DNA of 60,977 bases, taken from NCBI GenBank assembly GCA_046757165.1, contig JBHHXT010000008.1:1-60977 (forward strand), written 5' to 3'. Shown here piece by piece: positions 1 through 9,572 of this stretch. The DNA comes from a bacterium (GTDB taxonomy: Bacteria; Zhuqueibacterota; Zhuqueibacteria; Oceanimicrobiales; Oceanimicrobiaceae). The first letter of the stretch is position 1. Every line of letters begins with the position of its first letter. A program made the translations under genes and the position numbers. The notes under the pieces were generated by a model. It worked only from the letters and a program-made list of their open reading frames with translations, made no database searches and had not been told where the DNA came from.

Positions 1-1
1 A

Positions 2-91
2 AAGCGTGTCAAGGTTCACTTTTACACCACACTCAATCATGAGAATAATGGACAGCAGCCACAAGTGGTCGCAATTGAGAGAGAGAATTAG
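2..91 (+). CDS. 3' end of an upstream gene truncated by the window edge (KRVKVHFYTTLNHENNGQQPQVVAIEREN*)
   Basis: Open frame from base 2 to TAG at 89-91; too short to identify. Confidence 0.35.
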   Translation, partial: KRVKVHFYTTLNHENNGQQPQVVAIEREN

Positions 92-265
92 GGGAGCGGA
101 TCTGGGTTCGAGTCCATCCTGACAATCAAACATGACCAATGCGCCGCAGAGTTGGCCCAAAAAGGGTATTGGACATTGTCTGGAATTCACGTATATTTGG
201 TGGACAGATCAGACGGCGCGCAGATTCAGATTTTGAATAAGACACCAACTCAAGGATTTCAGCAG

Positions 266-1192
266 ATGGAGAGCCATGTATTCAACGAAATAAAAGATTT
301 GGTCACTGAGGCCCCCAATCCTGTCTCCACCGACATCGACTGCAAGGAGACACTGGAAATACTCCGCATCATCAATTCGGAAGACAAGAAGATACCACGC
401 ATCGTCGAGAGCGAAATCGAAAACATTGCGAGAGCGGTTGAGCTTCTTGTTGATGCGTTTAGAAAGGAGGGCCGGCTCTTCTACATCGGCGCCGGGACGA
501 GTGGACGGCTGGGCGTGCTCGATGCTGCTGAATGTCCGCCAACCTACGGCACGGACCCCGGGATGATTCAGGGCATCATCGCCGGGGGATGTGAGGCCCT
601 GGTAAGATCACAAGAAGGAAGTGAAGACCGAGCCGAAGATGCGGTGCGCGATTTGGAAGCGGCCGGATTTACGCACAAAGACGTGGCCTGTGGAGTCGCT
701 GCCAGCAAACGAACACCCTACGTCATGGCGGCCGTAAGGAAGGCGCGGGAGATAGGCGCGAAGACCATCTATGTCACCTGTAACCCCGGCTCAGAGCCAG
801 ACCTCGAGGTAGACGTCGCGATCTGTCCGGTGGTCGGGCCAGAGGTCATCATGGGTTCTACCCGGATGAAGGCCGGCACCGCAACAAAGCTCGTTCTAAA
901 CATGCTCACAACCACTGCCATGATTCGATTGGGGAAGGTGTACGGTAATATGATGGTAGACCTGCAAATGACATCCCGCAAGCTGGAGGAACGTTCCAAA
1001 AAGACGGTGATGATGGTGACGGGATTGGATTATGACAGGGCGTCTCAGTTGCTGGAGAAGTCAGGCGGCCATGTAAAAACAGCCTTGGTCATGAGCCTGG
1101 CGGGCGTCAGTGTGCAGCAAGCCCGCGCACGACTCAAAGCAAGTGGCGGGTTCGTCCGGGCGGCCATCGCAATGGAGAAAAAACGAGGGTAG
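266..1192 (+). CDS. murQ: N-acetylmuramic acid 6-phosphate etherase
   Basis: Motifs TEAPNP..DID, GAGTSGRLGVLDAAECPPTYG, GPEVIMGSTRMKAGTATKLVLNM. ATG 266 preferred over TTG 152, which lies upstream of a promoter-like TGGACA..TATATT. Confidence 0.95.
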   Translation: MESHVFNEIKDLVTEAPNPVSTDIDCKETLEILRIINSEDKKIPRIVESEIENIARAVELLVDAFRKEGRLFYIGAGTSGRLGVLDAAECPPTYGTDPGMIQGIIAGGCEALVRSQEGSEDRAEDAVRDLEAAGFTHKDVACGVAASKRTPYVMAAVRKAREIGAKTIYVTCNPGSEPDLEVDVAICPVVGPEVIMGSTRMKAGTATKLVLNMLTTTAMIRLGKVYGNMMVDLQMTSRKLEERSKKTVMMVTGLDYDRASQLLEKSGGHVKTALVMSLAGVSVQQARARLKASGGFVRAAIAMEKKRG

Positions 1193-1471
1193 TCTATGAG
1201 GATTCGCTCGGATTGCAACCTTTCAACCCGGAGGCCGTATCTTTCTAGCAAATTCTCATAAACGATTCCTTCCTCCTCCAGAGCCGTTGATTCTCGGATT
1301 GACGGCTCTTCTTCATGGGCACAAAACGTTGTTTTTGTTAAGAACATAAAGTTTTTGCAACAATTAGACGATATTGCTGTCAGTTAAGTAGCTGTTATAT
1401 TGGGTTTTATAACTTTCGCATGATTTCGAGCGATCTCGGGCGCGACATCCACTGAGAGACGGAGCCGGTTA

Positions 1472-1618
1472 ATGAACGAAAGCAATGAACTTGACGAGGC
1501 ACGACGCAGTGAAATTCAACGACGGATTGAACAGGGATTCTACTTCACCAGGCGAATCTATGAAGTGATCGCAGAAAAAGTCATGAAGGAAATTATCTTC
1601 CGAAAACGAAGGTCTTGA
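1472..1618 (+). CDS. Small 48-aa protein resembling the C-terminal sigma-binding segment of FlgM (MNESNELDEARRSEIQRRIEQGFYFTRRIYEVIAEKVMKEIIFRKRRS)
   Basis: Hand-translated. GGAG RBS at 1461-1464; R..EI..RIE.G.Y......IAEK pattern; below the ORF-track cutoff. Confidence 0.6.
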   Translation: MNESNELDEARRSEIQRRIEQGFYFTRRIYEVIAEKVMKEIIFRKRRS

Positions 1619-1643
1619 CTTTCACGCCACAAATCCGTATAAT
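1615..1643 (+). promoter_or_regulatory. sigma70-type promoter of tRNA-Ala
   Basis: TTGACT-N17-TATAAT about 20 nt upstream of the tRNA. Confidence 0.8.
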
Positions 1644-1665
1644 TCACACCATTACAAGTACAGCA

Positions 1666-1739
1666 GGGGCCGTAGCTCAGTTTGGGAGAGCGCATGAATG
1701 GCATTCATGAGGTCGTGGGTTCGATCCCCATCGGCTCCA
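1666..1739 (+). tRNA. tRNA-Ala(GGC)
   Basis: GGGGCCG/CGGCTCC acceptor with G3:U70, anticodon arm CATGA-ATGGCAT-TCATG, GGTTCGATCC T-arm; CCA not encoded. Confidence 0.97.
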
Positions 1740-1740
1740 C

Positions 1741-1773
1741 AAAAAAAGCCCTCGGTAACGCGAGGGCTTTTTT
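1741..1773. terminator. Bidirectional intrinsic terminator
   Basis: A7-GCCCTCG-gtaacg-CGAGGGC-T6 between tRNA-Ala and a convergent small ORF. Confidence 0.85.
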
Positions 1774-1790
1774 GTCAACCGTTCGCTTGT

Positions 1791-1970
1791 TCAGATTCTT
1801 CTCAAAGTCCCGACGGTGATGAAACTGTACAAATTCTTCCCGCAATTATTCTCACATGTGAACGCCCGGAAAATACGTTCTGAATCCTTTTCGTTTCGCA
1901 CCTCGAATTTTTTGACATTGCCGCAGGCTTCACATGTGATGATCAGTTCTTTTACTTCAATAAGTTCCAT
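1791..1970 (-). CDS. Small 59-aa putative zinc-ribbon protein (MELIEVKELIITCEACGNVKKFEVRNEKDSERIFRAFTCENNCGKNLYSFITVGTLRRI)
   Basis: Hand-translated. GGAG 8 nt upstream of ATG; CxxC and CxxxC pairs; ends just before the bidirectional terminator. Confidence 0.7.
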   Translation of the reverse strand: MELIEVKELIITCEACGNVKKFEVRNEKDSERIFRAFTCENNCGKNLYSFITVGTLRRI

Positions 1971-2095
1971 TCATTGCGCTCCGAAACTTGTAGGAATTGC
2001 ATTGCAAGTTGGATAGAGGAATATAGCAATTTTTTCTTGATCTTGAAAGAGAAAAGTTCTAAATTTTAACATTCTAAATCAGGTCAAAAAACAAC

Positions 2096-2124
2096 TTGCA
2101 TCGGTCAACATTTTTTGATATATT
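2096..2124 (+). promoter_or_regulatory. sigma70-type promoter of the Gly-Cys-Leu-Leu tRNA cluster
   Basis: TTGCAT-N17-TATATT. Confidence 0.55.
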
Positions 2125-2141
2125 CAACCTTGTCATTATCA

Positions 2142-2214
2142 GCGGGAGTGGCTCAGCTGGTAGAGCATCACCTTGCCAAGGTGAGGGTCGCGGGTTCGAA
2201 TCCCGTCTCCCGCT
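2142..2214 (+). tRNA. tRNA-Gly(GCC)
   Basis: GCGGGAG...CACCTTGCCAAGGTG...GGTTCGAATCC...CTCCCGCT. Confidence 0.97.
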
Positions 2215-2273
2215 CAAACAACCCCAAGATCAGAGTTTGTGAGGAGCTCTGATTTTTTATTGCTCCAAAGCAT

Positions 2274-2349
2274 GGCGGCGTAGCCAAGTGGCCAAGGCGG
2301 AGGTCTGCAAAACCTCTATTCATCGGTTCAAGTCCGATCGCCGCCTCCA
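2274..2349 (+). tRNA. tRNA-Cys(GCA)
   Basis: GGCGGCG...GAGGTCTGCAAAACCTC...CGCCGCCTCCA, CCA encoded. Confidence 0.97.
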
Positions 2350-2368
2350 ACCAATGGTTTCGACGGCG

Positions 2369-2454
2369 GCCGGGGTGGCGGAATTGGTAGACGCAAGGGA
2401 CTTAAAATCCCTCGGGGATTTATCTCCGTGCCGGTTCGAGTCCGGCCCTCGGCA
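2369..2454 (+). tRNA. tRNA-Leu(TAA)
   Basis: GCCGGGG...AGGGACTTAAAATCCCT, long variable arm, GGTTCGAGTCC. Confidence 0.97.
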
Positions 2455-2499
2455 CTCACCTGCTGAACCAGGCTAAGGCAAGCACAGGCGTCATCTCTT

Positions 2500-2583
2500 G
2501 CCGGGGTGGTGAAATTGGCAGACGCGCTGGACTCAAAATCCAGTGGGCTTCGGTCCGTGAGGGTTCGAGTCCCTCCCCCGGCA
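2500..2583 (+). tRNA. tRNA-Leu(CAA)
   Basis: GCCGGGG...CTGGACTCAAAATCCAG, long variable arm, GGTTCGAGTCC. Confidence 0.97.
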
Positions 2584-2655
2584 CTCTTTTTTTGATACTT
2601 CGCGAAACCCGCTGAATTCGCTGCCATTTTTGCACAATTCCAAGAATCTCAGATT

Positions 2656-3414
2656 TTGGCTCAAAAAATTCCAACATTCTTGCTCGCTCTCGGTTCCGGC
2701 GTGGCGTACTTTGTGCTCGGGCTGGACTACTGGGTTTTGCTGGCTCTTTTGATCGTGACGGCAGTTATTCGCTTCAAGGCCAGCACGCGACGAATTGGGC
2801 AGTTTTCTGAAATGCTGCTCTTCTTCTTCTCGGTTTGGTTCCTACTCGACAAATTTGATATCGAGTATCCGTACTCCTTGATCCTCATTTTGACGGCAGC
2901 CGTCGGGCTTATTTTCTATGAAGGGCCCGAATGGAGCGAATTCTACTTCGCGTTTGGCACGACCAGCAAGCATGTGAAACTAGCGATGGCTGTGGCCCTG
3001 GTCTTCAGTTTGCTGTTTGGGGGGTGGACATACTTCAACTTTGGCGACCTTCAGAACCCTGTGCCATATTATTGGCCCCTGGATGCGCTGCTCATCGGCG
3101 GTATTGGATTCTCTCTGTATACCGCCATCATGAACGAAATGCTCTTTCGCAGTTTTATCCACCAGCGTGCCAGATCGGCCGCAGGCGGTGAATGGGCTGT
3201 TGCGATTCAAGGAGTATTCTATGGCGTGATGCACTATCACCTTCCGGTGACGAACGGCTATTCAGGCGTTTTCGTGGCAACGTTGTTCGGGGTGACGCTC
3301 GGATACTTGGTCAAAAAAAGTAATAGCATTTATTTGTCCATAGTTGTACATTTTGTCGTGATTCTGGTTGTATTCATAGAATTGGTTGTCCTTGCGAAAG
3401 TTCATGCACCCTAA
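2656..3414 (+). CDS. CPBP/CAAX (Abi/Rce1-like) intramembrane protease family protein with degenerate motifs
   Basis: Multi-TM; NEMLFRS (for EExxFRG), FYGVMH, SIYLSIVVH. Confidence 0.75.
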   Translation: MAQKIPTFLLALGSGVAYFVLGLDYWVLLALLIVTAVIRFKASTRRIGQFSEMLLFFFSVWFLLDKFDIEYPYSLILILTAAVGLIFYEGPEWSEFYFAFGTTSKHVKLAMAVALVFSLLFGGWTYFNFGDLQNPVPYYWPLDALLIGGIGFSLYTAIMNEMLFRSFIHQRARSAAGGEWAVAIQGVFYGVMHYHLPVTNGYSGVFVATLFGVTLGYLVKKSNSIYLSIVVHFVVILVVFIELVVLAKVHAP

Positions 3415-3495
3415 CCCGGACAAACCCGGAAATTCGAGATCCTAAACTAAACTCTAAATTCGAAAAGAAAGTGTCACAAAAAATCTTGCCAAAAG

Positions 3496-4047
3496 GTGAC
3501 AGAAAAGAATTCGTCAGGTTTTAGTCTAAGGAGCCCAGACCCGGTCAAGTTTGTGCTCGCCGTCACCTATCGTGAGCCAGGACTCGTGCAGGAAGCTCTC
3601 GAGCCCTTTAGCCATGAATGTGGTAAACCCGACTGCAACTCTCCCGCTTTTGTGTTCAATCATACGCGATATTACGAAAAGGAGATGGGCCAGGATTTGA
3701 GCAAGCAGTTTATGAGTTTTGAGAACCTCGGAAATCGTGAGAAATTGGTCGAGCTAAAACTCCTGGCACTTTCAGTGGAGCAGAGCCTGACACAGAACCA
3801 GAAGCGGCGGGTGAACCTCGATCCGGCGTACCTGGAGCTGGCAAAGCTTGTCGTGGCGTCGACCAAGAACTTCGCTCATCGTATCTACCTGGCGAATGGC
3901 ATTTACGGCGATGTGCAGCTTCAGTATCGCAACGGAGGCTTTATCCCCAATAGCTGGACTTACGCCGATTACAGGAGTGACCTGATGACTGAATTCCTGA
4001 CTCGGGTCAGGAGCATTTACCAGCACCAGCTTTACGAGAGGCGATGA
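3496..4047 (+). CDS. DUF4416 family protein
   Basis: F.HTRYYEKEMG..L, RRVNLDPAY, ASTKNFAHRIYL..GIY, WTYADY. Confidence 0.8.
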   Translation: MTEKNSSGFSLRSPDPVKFVLAVTYREPGLVQEALEPFSHECGKPDCNSPAFVFNHTRYYEKEMGQDLSKQFMSFENLGNREKLVELKLLALSVEQSLTQNQKRRVNLDPAYLELAKLVVASTKNFAHRIYLANGIYGDVQLQYRNGGFIPNSWTYADYRSDLMTEFLTRVRSIYQHQLYERR

Positions 4048-5054
4048 GTGAGCTTTCCTACAAAGAGGCTGGGGTGAGCATCGAGGCAGGTGAGCTCGCG
4101 ACGGCGAAGATCAAGCGTTACGCGGAGGGCACCCATAACCGGAATGTCTTGAAAGGAATTGGCCTGTTTTCTGGCTTCTATGAATTAGAAGCAGAAAAAT
4201 ACCAGCAGCCCGTTCTGGTTTCCAGCATTGATGGCGTGGGCACCAAGGTCAAGGTCGCAGAAATGGCCGGGAGTTATGGCAGTATCGGCCAAGATCTGGT
4301 GAACCACTGCGTGAATGACATCGCCGTCTGTGGCGCAGACCCTTTGTTCTTTCTGGATTATGTGGCGGCGGACAAACTGGATGTGGAGGTCATTCAAGCG
4401 CTCGTGCAAGGCATGTCCTTCGCCTGTCGGCAAGCCAACTGTGCCTTGATCGGCGGCGAAACTGCGGAGATGCCGGGGGTCTACCGGCCGCACAATTTCG
4501 ACGTTGCCGGGGCTGTGGTGGGCATCGTGAGCAAATCCCAGATCATCGATGGCTCACGGATTGGTGCGGGAGATGTGCTGGTCGGCCTCGCTTCCAACGG
4601 ACTGCACACAAACGGCTACTCGCTGGCACGCAGGGTCTTTTTTGAGCTCAAGCACTATGGCGTCGATGATTGTTTGCCTGAATTGGGCTCGACACTGGGC
4701 GAGGCGCTGCTGCAACCGCACAAGAGTTACTTGCATCTCATCCGGACCATCCGGACCTCGGACGGTGTGCACGGCATCGCGCATATCACCGGAGGAGGCA
4801 TCATCGGCAATGCCTCACGCCTGTTGCGGCAAGGATTAGCTCTCAGCATCGATTGGTCCACATGGCAGCCTCCAGCCATTTTCGAGCTTCTTCAGAAAGC
4901 GGGCGGCATAGAGGAGACTGAGATGCGCCGGGTTTTCAACGTCGGGATCGGCCTGGTGCTCATCGTGGCTGAAAAGGATGTGGACCGGATTACGCGTGTG
5001 TGCGGGAGCTGCGGCGAAAGGTCACTTATCATCGGTTCGATCATCAGCAAATAG
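4044..5054 (+). CDS. purM: Phosphoribosylformylglycinamidine cyclo-ligase (AIR synthase)
   Basis: SYKEAGV, DGVGTK, VNHCVND, GGETAEMPG, SNGLHTNGYSL, AHITGGG. Confidence 0.97.
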   Translation: MSELSYKEAGVSIEAGELATAKIKRYAEGTHNRNVLKGIGLFSGFYELEAEKYQQPVLVSSIDGVGTKVKVAEMAGSYGSIGQDLVNHCVNDIAVCGADPLFFLDYVAADKLDVEVIQALVQGMSFACRQANCALIGGETAEMPGVYRPHNFDVAGAVVGIVSKSQIIDGSRIGAGDVLVGLASNGLHTNGYSLARRVFFELKHYGVDDCLPELGSTLGEALLQPHKSYLHLIRTIRTSDGVHGIAHITGGGIIGNASRLLRQGLALSIDWSTWQPPAIFELLQKAGGIEETEMRRVFNVGIGLVLIVAEKDVDRITRVCGSCGERSLIIGSIISK

Positions 5055-5071
5055 GGGAGAGGAAGGCACAC

Positions 5072-6067
5072 GTGGCACGGTTTGCGATTATTGGTTCAGG
5101 GAGCTGGGGAACGGCGCTGGCGCGCATCCTGCATTTGAATGGCCACCAGATCTTTCTATGGGATCGCGATGCTGAATTGATGAAGACGCTGCAAACAGAG
5201 AGGGTCAACAAGAAGTATTTGCCGAACTTTGTCCTGCCACCAGACCTCTATATCGAGCCCGATCTAAAGACAGCCGTGCAGGGCAAAGATGGCTTGATTA
5301 TGGCGGTGCCCTCTCACGGTGTTCGTTCCGTGATCAACCAGTTTCCTGGCGTACCCGAGGGTACGTATGTCGTCAGCGTCGCCAAAGGGATTGAAAATGA
5401 GACCTTGCTGCGGGTCAGTCAGATTCTGGCAGAGAGGTTTGACGAGCGCAGGATTGCGGTGTTGTCTGGCCCAAGCCACGCGGAGGAGGTGAGCCGGGAT
5501 GTGCCAACCGTCGTCGTCAGTGCTTCCAAGAACCCGGCTACCGCCCGGTGGCTTCAGGACGCCTTTATGCGTCCGACGTTCAGAGTTTATACCCATCATG
5601 ACGTGATTGGCGTTGAAATCGGTGCCGCCCTGAAGAATATCGTCGCCGTTGCCGCGGGCATCATCGATGGCGTGGGCGGCGGGGATAACACCAAGGCGGC
5701 GCTTTTGACCAGAGCGCTGGCAGAGATCACGCGTCTGGGGACAAAACTGGGGGCCGAGTCTCTAACGTTTGCTGGTTTGTCCGGGATGGGGGACCTGATC
5801 GTGACCTGCATGAGCAGGCACAGCCGCAACCGCTATCTCGGTGAGCAAATTGGCAAGGGCAAGACCCTGGAAGAAGTGTTATCTGAGATGGTCATGGTGG
5901 CCGAAGGCGTCAAGACCACGCGTTCGGCCTATGAGCTCGCCAGGAAACACCAGGTCGAGGTCCCGATCATCACGGAGGCTTACAATGTCTTGTTTCAAAA
6001 CAAAAACCCGAAGGACGCAGTTTACGACCTGATGACTCGCGCTGCCAAGGTCGAGGACTGGGGCTAA
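5072..6067 (+). CDS. gpsA: NAD(P)H-dependent glycerol-3-phosphate dehydrogenase
   Basis: GSGSWGTALA, LSGPSHAEEV, ALKN, GDLIVTC.S.HSRN; GTG start 5072 after GAGAGGAAGG. Confidence 0.95.
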   Translation: MARFAIIGSGSWGTALARILHLNGHQIFLWDRDAELMKTLQTERVNKKYLPNFVLPPDLYIEPDLKTAVQGKDGLIMAVPSHGVRSVINQFPGVPEGTYVVSVAKGIENETLLRVSQILAERFDERRIAVLSGPSHAEEVSRDVPTVVVSASKNPATARWLQDAFMRPTFRVYTHHDVIGVEIGAALKNIVAVAAGIIDGVGGGDNTKAALLTRALAEITRLGTKLGAESLTFAGLSGMGDLIVTCMSRHSRNRYLGEQIGKGKTLEEVLSEMVMVAEGVKTTRSAYELARKHQVEVPIITEAYNVLFQNKNPKDAVYDLMTRAAKVEDWG

Positions 6068-6085
6068 ACTGCGACAATTTGCGCT

Positions 6086-6922
6086 ATGATCAAATCTATT
6101 TTGTTGTCAGTCGACGGCTCGGTTTACACTGACGCACAGGTCAAGCACGCCATCGACCTGGCGAAGGCGTGTCAAGCACGTCTGAAAGTTATCTCTATCG
6201 TCGACGTGCGTATCTTCGAATGGGCCGTGGTCATGGGAACGGACGGCTTTGTTCCCGTGATTCCCTCCAATGTTTACAAGGAAGAAACCAAGAGAATATT
6301 GGAAGACAAGGCGAGCGCCATCCTTGAAAAGTGCCAATCGATTCTTTTGGAGGCGGGAATTGAGTTTGAAACGGAAAAAATCTATGGCGCCCCTGTCGAT
6401 GTCATCCTGGAAAAATCCCGCCTGGTGGACATGCTGATCATCGGTGCCCGCGGCGAGTTCGCCAAATGGAAGAAAAATATGGTTGGGGCGACTCTCGATG
6501 CGGTCATGCGACAATGGAACAAGCCGTTGCTGATCACGCCGCAAAAGTTTCGAAAGATGTCCAAAATTATCTTCGCGTATGACGGCAGCGACAGGTCCAA
6601 TAAAGCGCTGCAGTTGGCGGGCTTTTTTGCCACGCAGCTCGAGGCAGGCTTGAGCGTCCTGACCGTGCACGATAAACCCAGCATGAGACAAAAATTCCTG
6701 AATGAGGCGAGGGCCTATCTGGAACCCTATCACGTGGCGTTCGACCTCACCGGCGTTGCCGGACACCCAGAAAAGGAAATTGTTCAAGTCGCGGATGAAA
6801 CCGGGTGCGACTTGATTATCATGGGGGCTTTTGGCCACTCCAGAATCCGGGAAGCCATCCTCGGCAGTACAACGGAACAGGTTATCCGAAATGCGAATAT
6901 TCCGGTGCTTCTATCGAAGTAA
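6086..6922 (+). CDS. Tandem-domain universal stress protein
   Basis: ILLSVDGS and IFAYDGS; MGAFGHSRIREAILGSTTEQVIR..IPVLL. Confidence 0.9.
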   Translation: MIKSILLSVDGSVYTDAQVKHAIDLAKACQARLKVISIVDVRIFEWAVVMGTDGFVPVIPSNVYKEETKRILEDKASAILEKCQSILLEAGIEFETEKIYGAPVDVILEKSRLVDMLIIGARGEFAKWKKNMVGATLDAVMRQWNKPLLITPQKFRKMSKIIFAYDGSDRSNKALQLAGFFATQLEAGLSVLTVHDKPSMRQKFLNEARAYLEPYHVAFDLTGVAGHPEKEIVQVADETGCDLIIMGAFGHSRIREAILGSTTEQVIRNANIPVLLSK

Positions 6923-6964
6923 GAACGGTGTTCATTCTTTGATTCAACCAGGGCGACAGAACTC

Positions 6965-8260
6965 ATGACAGAAAAAGTATATGTTGCAGAGGTCTCAGAT
7001 TTTGTAGGGCAAGAGGTCACGATCTATGGCTGGCTGTACAACAAACGCTCCAGTGGGAAACTATGGTTTCTGCTGGTGCGAGACGGTACGGGCATCATTC
7101 AAGCCGTCGTGTTCAAGGGCAATGTCAGCGAGGAGCTGTTCCAACGATGCGAGCAGGTGACGCAGGAATCCTCAGTGCTGGTCACCGGAACCGTCAACGA
7201 AGACAAACGCTCGATCGGCGGCTTTGAATTACAGGTCACCGATTTTGAAATTCTGAAGCCGGCCGAAGAGTATCCGATCACGCCCAAAGAGCACGGCACC
7301 ACATTCTTGATGGACCACCGCCATCTCTGGCTGCGCTCATCCCGGCAACACGCCATCCTGACGGTCAGGCATGAAATCATTCGCGCCTGCCGGGACTTCT
7401 TTGATGGCAGAGGCTTCACCCTGCTCGATGCCCCAATCTTCACACCCAGCGCATGCGAAGGGACGACCACGCTGTTTGAAACCGAATACTTTGGCTCCAG
7501 CGCATACCTGACGCAGAGCGGGCAACTGTACATGGAGGCCGGCGCGATAGCCTTCGGCAAGGTCTACTGCTTTGGCCCCACTTTTCGCGCTGAGAAATCA
7601 AAGACGCGACGCCACCTCACCGAGTTCTGGATGATCGAGCCGGAAGTGGCATACATGGACTTGAGCGGGGACATGGATCTGGCGGAAGACTTTGTTGCGT
7701 TCGTTGTACAAAGAGTCCTGGAGAACAGACGCGAGGAGCTGGAAAAGCTCGAGCGCAACCTCGCGCCATTGGAGAAAGTGGCCAAACCTTTCCCACGCAT
7801 CACTTACGACGACGCAGTGGAGATCCTGAAGAAGAACGCCATCGAGTTCGAATACGGCAGTGACTTCGGCGGCACCGATGAAACCGTCATCTCAGAAGCA
7901 TTCGACCGGCCTGTGATGATTCATCGCTATCCGGCGCAGATAAAAGCCTTCTATATGAAAAATGACCCGGACGACTCGAACAAAGCGCTCTGCGTCGACA
8001 TGCTTGCGCCGGAGGGGTACGGCGAGATCATCGGCGGCGGTCAACGTGAAGATGACCTGGAAGTGCTGCAGAAGAAGATAAAAGCGCATGAGCTGCCGCA
8101 GGCGGCCTTCGAGTGGTACCTGGACCTGCGTCGCTATGGCACGGTGCCGCATGCAGGCTTCGGGATGGGAATCGAGCGCGCGGTCGCCTGGATATGTGGC
8201 CTGAGCCATGTGCGTGAAACGATCCCATTTCCCCGATTGATGCACAGATTGACGCCGTAA
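6965..8260 (+). CDS. asnS: Asparagine--tRNA ligase
   Basis: OB fold, [42 protein letters not shown]. Confidence 0.96.
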   Translation: MTEKVYVAEVSDFVGQEVTIYGWLYNKRSSGKLWFLLVRDGTGIIQAVVFKGNVSEELFQRCEQVTQESSVLVTGTVNEDKRSIGGFELQVTDFEILKPAEEYPITPKEHGTTFLMDHRHLWLRSSRQHAILTVRHEIIRACRDFFDGRGFTLLDAPIFTPSACEGTTTLFETEYFGSSAYLTQSGQLYMEAGAIAFGKVYCFGPTFRAEKSKTRRHLTEFWMIEPEVAYMDLSGDMDLAEDFVAFVVQRVLENRREELEKLERNLAPLEKVAKPFPRITYDDAVEILKKNAIEFEYGSDFGGTDETVISEAFDRPVMIHRYPAQIKAFYMKNDPDDSNKALCVDMLAPEGYGEIIGGGQREDDLEVLQKKIKAHELPQAAFEWYLDLRRYGTVPHAGFGMGIERAVAWICGLSHVRETIPFPRLMHRLTP

Positions 8261-8743
8261 ATGAGCGCCAGAAAGATCATCGGGGTCATTGGCGCCGGCC
8301 AGTGCTCCACTGAAATCGCTGCCCTGGCAGAGGAAGTGGGGGGGGTTATTGCAGAACGCAACGCCATCCTGATTTGTGGCGGCTTGTTTGGTGTGATGGA
8401 AGCGGCGTGCCGGGGCGCCAGGGCCCGGGGCGGCATGACCATCGGCATCCTGCCGGGCTGCCACAAGTCCGAAGCCAACCGGTACGTCGACCTGGCGATT
8501 CCGACCGGGATGTCGGAAGCAAGAAACATCATTATCGTCCGGGCTGCCGACGGCGTCATTGCTGTTGGTGGGAAGTACGGCACGCTCTCGGAGATGGCCT
8601 TTTGTCTGAAATTTGGTGTACCGGTAGTGGGACTCCGGACGTGGCAGGTGAGCAAGGAGGTTGTCGTCGCAAAGACAGCGGAGGAGGCCGTCAGCAGGAT
8701 TTTTGAGCTCATCGGGAGGCAGGGGAGTGAATACCTGTGTTAG
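8261..8743 (+). CDS. TIGR00725/LOG-like Rossmann-fold protein
   Basis: GGLFGVMEAACRGA..GG.TIGILPG, ARNIIIVR, GG.YGTLSE. Confidence 0.85.
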   Translation: MSARKIIGVIGAGQCSTEIAALAEEVGGVIAERNAILICGGLFGVMEAACRGARARGGMTIGILPGCHKSEANRYVDLAIPTGMSEARNIIIVRAADGVIAVGGKYGTLSEMAFCLKFGVPVVGLRTWQVSKEVVVAKTAEEAVSRIFELIGRQGSEYLC

Positions 8744-9002
8744 ATTCAAGGTGAAGGGCCGGGTGCAGGGAGTCGGATTTCGCTGGTTCATCTATCAGAA
8801 AGCGACCGACCTCGGGGTGACGGGCTATGTCAGGAACCTGCCGGATGGCGCTGTGGAGATTGAAGTGGAGGGCGCCGAAGAACAAGTCGAGCGCCTCCTC
8901 GACTATGCCCGGCGAGGCCCGGCTTTTTCAAATGTGACCCATGTTGACCTCCAAAGACGAGAATATGGCGCCAAGTACAAAGATTTCCAAATCACTTACT
9001 AA
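8727..9002 (+). CDS. acyP: Acylphosphatase
   Basis: V.GRVQGVGFR, GYVRNLPDG.VE; GTG start 8727. Confidence 0.93.
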   Translation: MNTCVRFKVKGRVQGVGFRWFIYQKATDLGVTGYVRNLPDGAVEIEVEGAEEQVERLLDYARRGPAFSNVTHVDLQRREYGAKYKDFQITY

Positions 9003-9020
9003 TCGTGTGGAGACAATGGA

Positions 9021-9545
9021 ATGGCTAATCTGAAGGAGCACATACGAAACGTTCCGGATTTTCCGAAAAAGGGTATTGGTTTTAAAGATATTACGACATT
9101 GCTAAAGAATGGGCCTGCTTTTCGTGAGGCCGTGGATGTGATGGCCAAACGATTTGAATCGAAGCGGATCGAAAAGATCGTTGGCATCGAGTCTCGTGGC
9201 TTCATCTTCGGTTCGGTCCTGGCCTATAACTGGAATATCGGGTTTGTACCCGTGCGAAAGCCCGGCAAGCTGCCGGCAGAAATCGTGCGCGAAGAATACC
9301 AGCTCGAATACGGCACGGACAGTCTTGAAATCCACAAAGATGCCATCCGTGGTGGCGAAACCGTGTTGATCGTCGACGATCTGCTCGCAACTGGCGGAAC
9401 AGCCCTGGCGACCGTCAAGCTGCTCGAGCGCCTGCAAGCGGAGATCATGGGTATGGCGTTTCTCATCGAGCTGACTTTCCTGAACGGGAGGGAGAAATTG
9501 CAAGGGTACGATGTGTTTTCCATCATCGAATACGGGGCCGAGTAG
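9021..9545 (+). CDS. apt: Adenine phosphoribosyltransferase
   Basis: PDFPKKGI.FKDIT, ESRGF, VRKPGKLP, LEYGTD, VDDLLATGGT. Confidence 0.97.
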   Translation: MANLKEHIRNVPDFPKKGIGFKDITTLLKNGPAFREAVDVMAKRFESKRIEKIVGIESRGFIFGSVLAYNWNIGFVPVRKPGKLPAEIVREEYQLEYGTDSLEIHKDAIRGGETVLIVDDLLATGGTALATVKLLERLQAEIMGMAFLIELTFLNGREKLQGYDVFSIIEYGAE

Positions 9546-9572
9546 AGCGGTGAAACCGGAATCTTGATCCGT

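Noticed and set aside
1045..1347. 100-aa minus-strand ORF
   Set aside because: Half overlaps murQ antisense; no recognisable motif or convincing RBS.
2500..2660. tRNA-Leu 3' end as an integration site
   Set aside because: No integrase follows and I saw no duplicated tRNA 3' end elsewhere in the window, apart from similarity between the two tRNA-Leu genes.
1698..2677. ORF-track entries overlapping the tRNA genes
   Set aside because: Shadow translations of tRNA sequence or of the antisense small ORF.
6107..8791. Long antisense ORFs (6107-6838, 7892-8791) and similar ones elsewhere
   Set aside because: They mirror well-supported + strand genes, as expected from codon bias, and show no independent motifs.
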